This document shows positions 50,603-62,549 of a stretch of DNA of 64,000 nucleotides, piece by piece (the first letter of the stretch is position 1; each line of letters starts with the position of its first letter). The notes beneath the pieces are model-generated. The model was not told the DNA's origin, searched no databases, and saw only the letters and a list, made by a program, of their open reading frames with translations. Made by a program: the position numbers and the translations under genes. This DNA comes from Negaprion brevirostris. Lineage: Eukaryota. The DNA is taken from the NCBI GenBank assembly GCA_030324005.1, contig JARDVH010000193.1, positions 29,608,969 through 29,672,968 of the forward strand. The letters run 5' to 3'.

Positions 50603-50881
50603 GGGGTGGCATGGTGGCACAGTGGTTAGCATTGCTGCCTCAGTGCCAGGGACCCAGATTCAATTCCGCCCTTGAGCATCTCCCTGTGTCTGCGTGGGTT
50701 TCCCCCGGGGTGCTCCAGTTTCCTCTCAGAGTCCAAAGATGTGCAGGTTAGGCAGACTGGCCATGGTAAATTGCCCCTAAGTGTCCAGAGGATTGGTAGG
50801 ATAAATCCCTGGGATTACAGGGATCGAGCTTGGGTGGGATTGTTGTCGGTGCAGGCTTGATGGGCCAAATTGCTTCCTTCT
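50603..50881 (+). mobile_element. HE1-type V-SINE (internal deletion, type A)
   Basis: Head, partial core and gggtgggattgttgtcggtgcagg tail. Confidence 0.85.
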
Positions 50882-51870
50882 GGCCATGATAGATTGTGAT
50901 AGGCATACGAATAACAATGTTAGTGACAATAATATTTGTAACTAGTACACATGGAAATCATTTTATAACTGACTATTGCCTAACAATAACAGAACTATGG
51001 GAATATGTGATACAACATGGCCATGTTTATTTTATTTTACTATCTTTGCAGTTCTATTTGTGAACTTCTTCTGTTTTGGGATTTGTCTCTCAAATGTCAT
51101 TCTTTCATTACAGATTCAGCATGGATGTGGCATTTTTCATCAGGTGACAAGTAGGAGAAAGGTTTTACAGGAAAAAAAGAGTAACAAAGGCAAAACGTAC
51201 AAAGAAAAAAATTACTCTTTAATACCTGATAAGGTATCTGTTTATTTATGATGTGTGTTAGGTACATACAGACATGGAGAATGGAATATGTTACAGGGGA
51301 GAAATACATTAAAGGAGTTTGAACCCTCACATGAAAACACCCCTTTTGCAGGGGAGCTAGTTGTAAATCTTGATGTTCACATCTTGAATGCTCATTGGGG
51401 TACCTGATGGCTGGGTAGGATATAGAACTTCTTTTTAGGCCACTATTAAACTGACAGGACAAAAAAAATGTTTTGGAACGTTCAACGGCTCTTCTGTCTG
51501 AGGAGGTTCCTTGCCTCCTTTCAAAATTGATCTGCAACTTGTGGCTAGATCCAGGGCAGACNNNNNNNNNNCCAAAAAGTGTGGAGAAATCTCTTGCAGT
51601 GCCACAGCACAGGATGTTGAAATAATGCACCAGTGCAGGAACATTCAATCTTATTTTAAGAAACGTAACAGAGGCAACTGTGCAAGCAAGCATGCAACCT
51701 TTGTGGAAGCAGGATACTCTGTACCAGTTTACTCATCTTAAAGACAAATTAAGGTGTTAATAATATCAAGATTGAGCACCGCTGACTAGATTTGTTTTAG
51801 CAAATTAAGCCATTTTGTTTTTAAAAATTCAGATACAGGCAATGCCAGCTCCTTCTTTGGTTTGGTATCC

Positions 51871-52152
51871 CAGTGGTTAGCACAGCTGCTTCACAGCGCC
51901 AGGGACTCAGGTGCGATTCCAGCTTGGGTCACTGTCTGTGCGGAATCTGCACATTCTCCCAGTGTCTGCGTGCGTTTCCTCTGGATGCTCCAGTTTCCTC
52001 TCACAGTCTGAAAGACGTGCTGGTTAGGTGCACTGACCATGCTAAATTCTCGCTCAGTGTATCCAAACAGGCACTGGAGTGTTGCAGCTAGAGGTTTTTC
52101 ACAGTAACCTTATTGCGGTGTTAATGTAAGCCTACTTGTGACCCTAGTAAAT
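51871..52152 (+). mobile_element. HE1-type V-SINE, type B tail
   Basis: Tail ...ggtttttcacagtaacc...gtaagcctacttgtgaccctagtaaata. Confidence 0.88.
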
Positions 52153-52684
52153 AGAGTAAAGAAGGATGAAGTCTGGGGGCAATCTAACCAAATGAAGCTC
52201 TGGCAATATCAAAATGGTCACTGAAAGGATTAAGTGATAAAGTTTTGTTCAGAGGTGTTGTGGTTTCTCACTGGACTCGCACTAACCAGCAGGAGATAAA
52301 GGATCAGTTACAAACATGTCCTTGCACCCACGAGAATTCAAGGACTTTATAAGGTAACACCTAGAGCTGCCTGACCTAGCAGGTCCATAGGTTTAGATGA
52401 ATAATTAAAATCTGCTGCAGGGAATTATAGATTTTATGGTGAACTAATTACGAACAATAACCATTGGTTGTATTAATAGACTGTGATGTTCCATGTTTGT
52501 AATGCAAATTACATACTTTTTGTAATGCATATTATGTCCTAGCTTTGCAGAGGATGAGTTCAGATAACTCAATCTTAGATAATTCCACCAAAAAGGTACA
52601 TGATTAAACAACAATTCCAGCCACTGTCACCACATGTCTTTGTATGCCATTTGAATAATTTTACATTCAATAAAAAAAGTCAGA

Positions 52685-52801
52685 GGGTGGGATTATCTAG
52701 CTGCTCTTGCTCAAGACTGGAAAATGCCGCCTGGGGTCAATGGACCTTTGCAAGGTGCTGTCCCACCCGCNNNNNNNNNNNNNNNNTGGAAAATTCCACC
52801 C
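52685..52801. mobile_element. MITE-like element, 3-bp TSD AGA
   Basis: aga|gggtgggattatc ... ggaaaattccaccc|aga; reverse orientation relative to 21048. A related element lies at ~52920-53054. Confidence 0.7.
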
Positions 52802-53099
52802 AGAGAATACTAAGTTGTTCATTAACTCATGCAAAAGTGAATCCTGCCAGTCAGAAATGAAAAGCAGAAAATATTGGAAATACTCAGCAAGCCTGGTGGC
52901 ATTTGTGGAGGAGTTTTGTGGGAGAGACTTTCCAGGCCCACCTGCCCCACGACCAGAAATTCCTACCCGGGTTCAATGGACAGTTTTGTTGGTCTGTCAA
53001 ATTCTCTGTCCCATTCGCAATTCATGTGGCGTGCGGGACTGAGAGATTTAGGCCAACATTTCAGGTCAGCTCCAAGGAAAAGTCACCAAACTGAAAAAT

Positions 53100-53985
53100 G
53101 GGGTTGGATTTTACCGGGTGCTGTAGTGCCAGCGGATCCTGGCCAGAATGCTGGAGGAGTCCTTGCCCAACATCAGCCTGTAGAGGTGCCAGGATTCATA
53201 TAAATGGGTGCAGGAGCAGTTCCTTCAGCCCTTGGAGCCTGCACCACCATTCAGTAGGATCACTGGTGATCATGCACTTTCAGTGTCCCACTCCCACTTT
53301 GTCTCCATACCCCTTGATCTCTTTAGCCACATGGATCACATCTGGCTCCCTCTTGGACATAGCTAATGAACTGGCTTTCTGTGGTCAAGAATTCCACAGG
53401 TTCATGACTCTCCGAATGAAGAAGTTCTTCCTCATCTCAGTCCTGAATGGCTTACCCCTTATTCTTAGACAGTCATCTAGTTCTGCACTTCCCCAACATC
53501 GGGAACATTCTTCCCACATCCATCCTGTCCAGTCCTATCAGGATTTTATACATTTCAATGAGAGCCCTCTCATTCTTCTAATTTCCAGTGAGTGCAAGTC
53601 CAGTTGATCCAGTCTCTCTTCATATGTCAGTCCTGCCATTCTGGGAATCAATCTGGTGAGACTTTGCTGGACCTCCTCAGTAGCAAGAATCTCCTTCCTC
53701 GGACTAGGAGGTCAAAACTGCACACAATACTCCAGGTGTAATCTCACCAAGGCCCTGTATAACTGCAGCAAGACATCCTTACTTCAATACTCAAGTCTTC
53801 TGGCTATGAAGGGCAGCATGATGTGGGCCTTCCTGCTGGGCAGAGATCCTTAAATGACCACTGATTGATCACTTGAGGACTTCAAAAGACCCAAGAATAG
53901 GAGGGCTGTCCAACACTTCCCCCAACTCCACCCCCCATAAAATATCAGGCAGCCAAGAGGAGCTGGGAAGTGTAAAATCCAGCCT
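53100..53985. mobile_element. TIR element interrupted by a CR1 fragment (~53187-53820, minus)
   Basis: Ends ggggttggattttac ... gtaaaatccagcc; the interior carries a CR1 3' end and decayed ORF2 (caaaactgcacacaatactccagg). Confidence 0.7.
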
Positions 53986-54146
53986 ATTTGCTTCTCTGTC
54001 CACAGAAGCTGCCTGACCTGCTGATCATTTCCAACGTTTTCTGCCAAAAGGTGATGTTATTGCACTAGAAACTTAGTGCTGAACACATCGTAGCAAATAT
54101 TAAGTGAGGAACAGTACTGCTTTCCACATACCCCTGTGAGGTTAGT

Positions 54147-54431
54147 ACACAATGGCAGACTGATTAGCACTAGTGCCTCGCAGTACCAGGGACGCAAGTT
54201 TGATTCACAGCTTGAGTCACTGACTATGTGGAGCTTGCACATTCTCCCTGTGTCTGTGTGGGTTTCCTCCGGGTGCTCCGGTTTCCTCCCACAGTCCAAA
54301 GGCTTGCTGGTTCGGTGCATTGGCTAAATTCTCCTTCAGTGAATCCGAACAGGTGCTGGCGACTAGGGGATTTTCACAGTAACTTCATTGCAGTGTTAAT
54401 GTGAGCCTACTTGTGACTAATAACTAAATAA
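54147..54431 (+). mobile_element. HE1-type V-SINE, type B tail
   Basis: Tail ...gtgagcctacttgtgactaataactaaata. Confidence 0.88.
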
Positions 54432-56626
54432 GTACTGTGAGCAGTCAATATGTTACTTTCACCAGAGTCTCCAATTATAATTGCAGGATATTTTGTTGCA
54501 AGAACTCATTGAATACCATGGCTGGACTTTAACACAGCTGTCTGTGTTAAACACTTGCTATCCTGCTCATTTCCAAGTTTGAGTGTTTAAAGGGATTCCT
54601 TCTCAAGTGGAGGTGGTTACCAGTCCTTATGTTAGGGCCTCTTATCTTTGTTAAGTGCTTTTTTTTCAACATCTTATGGGAAGCAAAATTACAATCTCAT
54701 TATTAAAACGAATAGATTCTCCATCCCTTTTAATCAGTTTTGAAATCAACTTTTACTGGGTTCAATTGTCCTGAAAATGCCGTCAAAGCTAACTATATAA
54801 ATACACAATTACTTAAATCGGAACATAACACTGTCAATAATCAACAAGAATAGTAAGACGCCTTCAGTGCNNNNNNNNNNNNNNNNNNNNNNNNNNNNNN
54901 NNNNNNNNNNNNNNNNNNNNNNNNNNNNNNNNNNNNNNNNNNNNNNNNNNNNNNNNNNNNNNNNNNNNNNAAGACGCCTTCAGTGCCCGAGGCAACAAAC
55001 AGCTGTGTAAGTTTTCCATCATAAGTAATGACATCCTGTTGCAAATGTTGTATATAAAAATGACCTTACATTGAATATTTTTATAAATGGCATCAGCCAA
55101 GAAATTCAATGCGGTGATTCGCAAATGCCAATCAAAAGATTCGTTCCAAAGAAAGCTAATTTTCACAGCTGCAATGATAGAAGGGATAGAGTGGAGGTGA
55201 ATGTCTTTGCGATAGTTTAAGGTAAGCATAATAGCGCATTAATTTTGCAAACCTCTGAATAGTTTATCACGTTGTGACTATTCGTCACAAAACAATGCTA
55301 TTTCTAAACACTGCAGCTGGAGGATCGGGGAGTTGGCAACTAATTTTTTTTTAAAACATACTTATATATTTCCACCTCAGTAAATTTCTGCTTGCTGTCA
55401 ACAGGCATTTGTAAAAGAAGACAGTGTAATAACACTGTTTCACCAGTGAATTGGACACTTTCCTGAAGAATTCATCATATGTAACTCACTTAGCCTACAT
55501 TTCTAGTAAGGAACAAGCTGGTGCCATAAAAATTATGATAGCTACTAGCTACATCTAATTTCACCACTGTCACTGACTCAGTGCCCTTCAGATGTAGCAA
55601 GAGAAAGGTGCCTTTTTATCTTATGGCTGCCCTCTGGTCACTGAAGGATTTACCATCATTTTAACAGCTATGATCTGCTAGCTACTCCTTCTTATACCAA
55701 TTTATATTGTAACACAATTCCACCATAAATTTAAGAGAGTTTCTTTTAACTCATTCCCTGTTGACCACTATCCACATCTTCTTCTTAGAAAGGTTCACAT
55801 TGCCACTGATAGGATCCAAAAACAAGCTCAAAGTTGATGGCTTACAACACAGTCAGAGACAACTGGCGAAGGCAGTTTTGAGTGTCTGATAGCAAGTAAT
55901 TCCTTAAAACGTTAGTATGTGTTAAAGCTGAGTATAAAATGAGTCCAGCTGGTTTGCATTAACAAGTGAAACACCAGAACGGGGAAAAAAAAACCTCTTT
56001 TGCAATCATACATTAAACTACCACAATGATTTTTAATTTATGCACCACAGGGGAAACAAATGGATAGGTTTTTGGACTGAAATCACTGCTTCAGCACCAC
56101 AGTATCACATGTTGGGACAGACAGTACGTAAGAGAGGGCAAAGGGTGAAGTTTGCAGTTGCTCTGATATCTTTATTTGGACAATTCCCTTAAGTCTGCAA
56201 CTTGCATAAACATGAACTAATTCAATAAATCAGCAATGATCAAAATTGTTGTTCAGCCAGTGATTTCATTGTAAAAGTGTATTGCTCACTCCTCAGTTGG
56301 TTGTCTGAATTTGTTGGAACATGTGGCTTCTCAGGGCGTGCCCCACAAGTTACAGTCTTTCTGCATCAATCAGCTTGAAATTCCTTTTGTGTTGTAAGTT
56401 GCTGGAAATACAATGTCAACAGGACATTGGTGGATGAAGGCGTAATTGTCTACTTCCTTAACCAACTAGGTTTATGGAAAAAGAAAGAAACAGGAATGAC
56501 CAAAAAGGAAATAGGATAGAGTCAAACAAGATGGAGAAAGAGAAACAAAGAGAGGGAAAGAAAGATTGGACTACGAGGGAGGAAAAGAAAGAGATAGAAA
56601 AGCAAGAAAAATATTTACATTTTGAC

Positions 56627-56902
56627 GGTATGGTGGCACAATGGTTAGCGCAGCTTCCTCACTGCGCCAGGCGCCTGAGTTTGATTCCCGGCTCGGATCA
56701 CTGCGCAGAGTCTGGATGTTCTCTCTGTGCCTGCGACTTCCTCCTGCAGTTTGGGAGACGTGCTGATTAGGTGCATTGGCCATGCTAAATTCTCTCTCGG
56801 TGTACCTGAACAGGCGCTGGAGCGTGGTGATTAGGGAATTTTCACAGTAACTTCGTTGCAGTGTTAGTGTTACAGACACTAATAAATAAGCTTAAACTTA
56901 AA
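56627..56902 (+). mobile_element. HE1-type V-SINE, type B tail
   Basis: Tail ...ggaattttcacagtaacttcgttgcagtg...gacactaataaataagcttaaacttaaa. Confidence 0.85.
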
Positions 56903-57840
56903 TTTTAAAAATCTTGAAGGACCTGCTGGATTGAGACTCTGCGGCTTCAATCGTTCCCTTTCCTAGGCTGGAGAAGTTGGGTGCATTTCAGGGACATATA
57001 TATTATTGGAATTTTGGCATGTAACTTTGTCCGGTGAGTTTAATTGATTTTAACAACAAAAACCTCAGAATTTTGTAAGACTCATGAGGAGATTGATAAT
57101 AAGCCCCTATTTTCACAAGGCCTAAACCCCAGAAGAGTGCAAATCATTCAGCAATTTGTGGCAATTTATCACAACTCTCAATGTTTACCATGCTCGCCCT
57201 AAAGAGCTGGGTTATGTACACACTATTTCAACAAGTACATTAAACTTGCTGTTATTTTGCAAGCAAATTCTGGGCCAAAAATGCAACAAAAGGACCAATT
57301 CCTGTAACTGGAAACTATTTTGAAAATCATGCTAATTGTTATTTGTTTCCATGGGGCTATGCTCTTAAGATCTGTCAGTCTGATTATTTGTGTGACCTCA
57401 TCAGTACATTTTAGTGGCTTTAAGGTCTGAAAAATAGCATGATAGGAAGAGACAGTTTTTTTGTCTGTCTATCAACTGGCTGACTAAATATTGATCATCT
57501 TGTGAATCTTGATGGCATTAGATCTAAATCACAAGTCCATTAAGTTACTAAGACATTCAATTATGATGCCCAGGTCACATTCACATTAAAGTCATCAACT
57601 AACTGATGTACATCTCCTGATAATGCATTTGGTACTGTAAAATTTACATTAAAGGTGTTTTTGCAATATATATGTGGCAGTGTAGAATAAAATCCACAGA
57701 ATCTAGCCAAAAAGGAAATATTTATTTATGTGCTGTTGAGTAATTTGTTCGATTAATGGTTTGTATGTATAAAATGCCTCTTATGCACTGATTTTAACTG
57801 TCTACTTCAAAATGGGTTGTATTATATTAGCAGTAGTTTG

Positions 57841-58940
57841 CAACAGCAACAACTTGCATTTATGTAGAACCTTTACTTTAGTAGAACATCCTAAGCCACT
57901 TCACATGAGCATTGTCAAACAAAATTTGACACAAAGCCGCGGAAGAGGATCTTAGGGCTGTTGATCAAGAGCTCCGTCAGAGGTTGCTCTAAGATGGTTG
58001 CTCCGTCAGTGGTTGTCTAAAGAGAAAAGGAGAGGCAGGGTGGTTTAGGGAGAGAATTGTAGAGACTTAGACCACAGCAGCCAAAGGTGATGCAATTCCA
58101 ATGCAAAATCTCAAGAGGCTAAAATTAGAGGAGCACATGTATCTCAGAAGATTGTAAGGCCGGAGGAGATAGGAGCAAGGTAAAGATGGATATCAAATGA
58201 ATGGTAAGAATTTCAATATTTACATTTTCTTAGCCAGAAGCCAATGCAGATCAGCAAGCACAGGATGATGAGTGAATGAGATTTGGTGTGAGTTAGGACA
58301 GGGCCAGTAGAGCGTTTGATGACCTGATGTTTACGGATGGTAGAACGTAGAAGACTGTCCTGAGGGAGCCTTTGAGGAAGTTTAGCCCTGTTGAGCTAGG
58401 GGAGACAGTGAGGTGGCAGAGGTAGCTGTTCAGATGGCCTCAATATCAACGAAGAAGTTCAAGAGTTCATCTCACTTGTTGCTGGAGGTGAGGATGGGCA
58501 GAGGGATTAAATTTGGTGCACATTGTTTAATTAGCTCCAACCAGACCTGGCAATGAATGGCTAAACCAGTTGTCCACAATTATCCATTTAAGTCTCCAAC
58601 AGTTGATCGTAAGGGAGTGTAGATGAGGGCCGGGGAGTAAGCCAGGATGAGAGTGCAATTATTTTATGGAGTACAGGGCATCAAAGGTGGGTGGGGAGGG
58701 GGGAGGGTATGGTTGAGCAGTGAATGGATTGGAGGGGGGCCTAAAGGTTAAACAATTGGGATTTGAAAGTGTGGTAGGAAGTGAAGTTGGGGAGAAATGT
58801 TCAGCAGGAAGTCACAGAAGGAAGTACGGTTGGGAGGGAGAAAGGGAATGTGGTTGAAGATTGATATAAGGAAGAGGTCGGAGAATGCTTAATTTGTGAC
58901 TGACAAAATGGGAGCAGAGATGTGAAGGAATAAAAGCTAA
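57841..58940 (-). mobile_element. Decayed L2 LINE, 3' portion
   Basis: Tail caacagcaacaacttgcatttatgtag; purine-rich + strand homologous to 39699-40236. Confidence 0.7.
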
Positions 58941-59204
58941 AATGTATGGGATAGATACAAGAAATTGATTTTAAAACTACTTCTCAGCAAAACCTACAGC
59001 AAGCTGCATTCTTCTGAGAGTAAAGTTGACCAAGCATATACATGGTCAACTCCCTTCACATCAATGTGACATTGCTGATAAAGATTACATGCACCTAAAA
59101 GCCACTATCCTGGGGACCCTTTCAGTGACTACTAGCACGTATGCTGGTTCTGGTAAGTAGAATCACAATCTGATAAAGAAACACTAGATTCCCAAGTCTT
59201 GCGT

Positions 59205-60075
59205 TGATACCCAATGCAAACTGGAAGAATAGCGCCTCATCTTCTGATTAAACATGTTGCAGCCTAATCAACATTGAGTTCAATAATTTTAGACTGTGAA
59301 CTTACCCCTGACTTCCTCTTTTGTTTTCTGTTATAAGAACATAAAAACTAAGGGCAGGAGTAGGCAACTCAGCCTCTCGACCCATTCAATGTGATGATGG
59401 CTGATCTCATCGCTGCCTCATCTCCGCCTCATCTCCACATTCCTACTCACTACGCATAATCTTTCATCTCTCCACTAATTAAAAGCCTATCTATCTTTTC
59501 CTTAAATTTGTTTACTGTTCTAGCATCCACAGCACTCCACAAATTCACGATTGTTTGAGTGAAGTAGTTTCTCCTTATTTCTGTTTTAAATCTGCCACCT
59601 CTTAGCCTAAGATTTAGGACTCTCATTCTAGAATGTCCAAAAAAAGGGAAACATCTGCTTTACATCTACCCTGTCAATTGCCTGGCTTGTCTCCCAACAC
59701 AACCCCACTCCTCCCCCACATGGCCACTGTCCCTTGTTTAGTTTTGCTTTCACTGAGCACTGACCTCAGTTCTCCTATTAATACACTCTGCTCTTCTACT
59801 TTTGCTATTATTAACAATCTTCAGTCCCTAATGGCACCATTAACATCTCCTTTATCTCATATCCATGGCATCTTTGTCAATCTCTCTGTAACTCCGACCT
59901 ATCACTGACTTTCCATTCTGCCCTCACTCCATCCCCATCTAAGTATATCATTCATTACATTTCTACCACTTTTCAGTTCTGTAGAAGGGTCACATGGACT
60001 CAAAATGTTAACCATTTTTCTCTCCACGGATGCTGCCAAGCCTACTGAGTTTATCCAGCATTTTCTGTTTTTATA
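59205..60075 (+). mobile_element. Penelope-like element 3' portion with a nested CR1 tail (~59333-59670, minus)
   Basis: KLEE*RLIF*LNMLQP...NIEFNNF resembles the GIY-YIG C-terminus; terminal block ttctgtagaagggtcac...gatgctgcc...ccagcattttctgttttt. Confidence 0.7.
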
Positions 60076-60699
60076 TTAAGTTTTAATATCTTACCAGATG
60101 CAAGTAGATTGGCCAACATAACCATTAATTTAACCCTAGCTTTTCAAGAGTAAATTAAAAAAAACATTTCTTACAAATTGAATGGGCAATCTAATCTGAA
60201 GGGTCTTCTCACCTATCGGGATAATGATTAGAGGTGGTCTATTATTGAGTAAATGACCATCTTCCATACCAGCTTTTAATTATACAACATCAAAAAAATT
60301 CATTATAAATTTCTCAACATAACTTGAATTGTTAGACTAGTTAAAGGAGAGTCGATAGTAGGTCAACTTCACTTCAGATGCATTCTGAACCCATCGAGTC
60401 TCACGCTCTTGGGGATCAAGGTAATATTGCCACCATGTTTGAAAGATACACTATATTTGTTTCAAGGTCTAATATTTGTATTGAGTAAAGATTAAAGTTT
60501 AGATTCTCTCACAGAATAAAGAATGAATTGTCTTGTTTTTCTGGAATATTATGTAAATATTGTGATTTATGCTCTTTGTATGATAACTAAAATTGCATGC
60601 TCTTTTATTTATTTTCTTAAAACCTAAGTTGCCTGATCTCATTTAATCTTCTGTATCAGACACCCTGCAAACCCAACTCCTATGTCCTTTGGTGAGGGG

Positions 60700-61900
60700 G
60701 AGTATTTTCTATGGAGTTTCAACAGGACCTTTACAATATCCAGGAAAATTCCTATCTAGATTTTTAAAAATTGGACTTTAGACTATCGGGATGAAGGTGA
60801 TACCCTTGACTGACGTTCTTCTTATGGGCGAGTGACTCATTGAACCAAATTAGGGATCTTAGAGTCAAGCTCCCTTTGGCTGAAGTTGAGGGATCTAGGT
60901 GATCCTATTGGCTCTGGGTGAGGAACTATGATTATAAAATCACCATGGGGACACTATGCCAGACAAGGTGAGGTAGCAAGGCCAAATGAGTGGGCCTGAA
61001 AATGGGCTGTGGTTTTTATATGGAGGAAGAATTTAAGGGAGAATAAGAGGGCTGTGAACCCAGAACACGATGAATTGATACAAAGCCTGAGATCACCAAA
61101 GTTAAGAAGCCACTCTGTGTAGTGACTGCAGGAGAAGCAGTAAAGATATCCCATGGGAAATTCTTTACATGCTTGAGTAAGCCATAGAGTAATAAGGTTT
61201 TCATAGAAGCATAGAACCCTACAGTGCAGAAGGAGGTCATTTAGCCCATCGAGTCTGCACTAACCACAATTCCATCCAGGCCCTATCCCCATAATACCAT
61301 GCATTTACCTCAGCTCATCCCCCTGACACTAAGGTCAAATTTAACATGGTCAATCCATCTAACCTGCACATCTGTGGCACGTGGGAGGAAACTGGAATAT
61401 CCAGAGGAAACCCTCACAGACACAGGGAGAACTTGCAAACTCCACACAGACAGTGACCCAAGTCAGGAATTGAACCCAGATCCTTGACACTATTAGACAA
61501 CAGTACTAACCACTGTGCCACAGCACCACCCATTTTAAATGAGAAGAAAGGGAGGAGGAACAAGATGAGAACAACAAAAAGAAGAGAAAGTGCCAGGAAT
61601 TTGGGGTCAGATAAAAGTAAGATCCGGTAATAAAAAGCATACTGCCATTGTAATGGTATGGCTGAAGCAAGTGTGGAAAGTATAGTGAAGGAGGGAGGCT
61701 CCATCCATGAGGAAAGTGTCACCACTGTCAGCTAGGTTTCCATCAAGGCCATGGTGTTCATGCAATCGTCCAAAATACGCTAATGGACATCAAATTTATT
61801 CACAAGGAATGGGATATCTTGGAGGGTGTGCAATGTGGGTCAGTGATAGTTGATCCACCAACAGAGTTCACAGGACCAGAGCTTGGATGGGTGTTGGCCA
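60700..61900 (-). mobile_element. Decayed L2 endonuclease (APE) region, interrupted by a SINE
   Basis: ORF 60954-61154 LLNFGDLRLCINSSCSGFTALLFSL...TAHFQAHSFGLA resembles L2 GDFN...PTH..GH.LDL motifs. Confidence 0.6.
61201..61531 (-). mobile_element. HE1-type V-SINE (type A)
   Basis: Full-length reverse copy. Confidence 0.9.
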
Positions 61901-62222
61901 GGAAAGAGACAGAAAAATTATATTGTAGCTATGTCTGAACTTATCCTCACCTATTGTCTAAATGCTCAGATTTGCTAATTCAACAATGATTTCAATACCT
62001 TCAGATCATAACTACTGTTTCCACTTTTTTTGGACAGCAAGCGCCAGCAATGGTTTTGTTGTTGCCATTTACACCTCCTGTAGACCCATTATTTGTTTCT
62101 TTACTTGTTCTAATAAAATTCCCTTTTGTCTTGCACCATCTTTCCTTTAGTCATCTAATCTCTTCTGCCTTGCACCCTATCACAGGCTGTCCCTTTCTTC
62201 TTTCCTCCCCACTTTCTTCCAT

Positions 62223-62549
62223 TCATAGAACTATAGAATCCCTACAGTGCATAAAGAGTCCTTTTGGCCCATTGAACGTGCACCAACAACAATCCCACCC
62301 AGGCCCTAAACCCGTAACCCCACAAATTAATCCTGCTAATCTCCCTGGCACTAAGGAGCAATAGGGCATGATCAATCAACCTAACCTGCACACCTTTGGA
62401 GTGTAGGAGGAAACCGGAGCACCCAGAGGAAACCCATACAGATATGGGAAGAATGTGCAAACTCCACACAGTTACCCAAGTCTGGGATTGAACCCTGGCC
62501 CCTGGCACTGTGAGGCAGCAGTGCTAACCACTGTGCCACCATGGCACCC
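62223..62549 (-). mobile_element. HE1-type V-SINE (type A) nested in a Penelope-like end (~62140-62710)
   Basis: Full-length reverse copy; flanks match the Penelope terminal block and include (CT)n at 62633-62653. Confidence 0.88.

Noticed and set aside
54855-54986. Direct repeat aagacgccttcagtgc on both sides of a 100-N gap
   Set aside because: Identical sequence flanking a gap indicates an unmerged contig overlap; the same applies to atcatc around 42840.
56474-56770. Lys/Glu-rich ORF
   Set aside because: Purine-rich low-complexity sequence running into a SINE.
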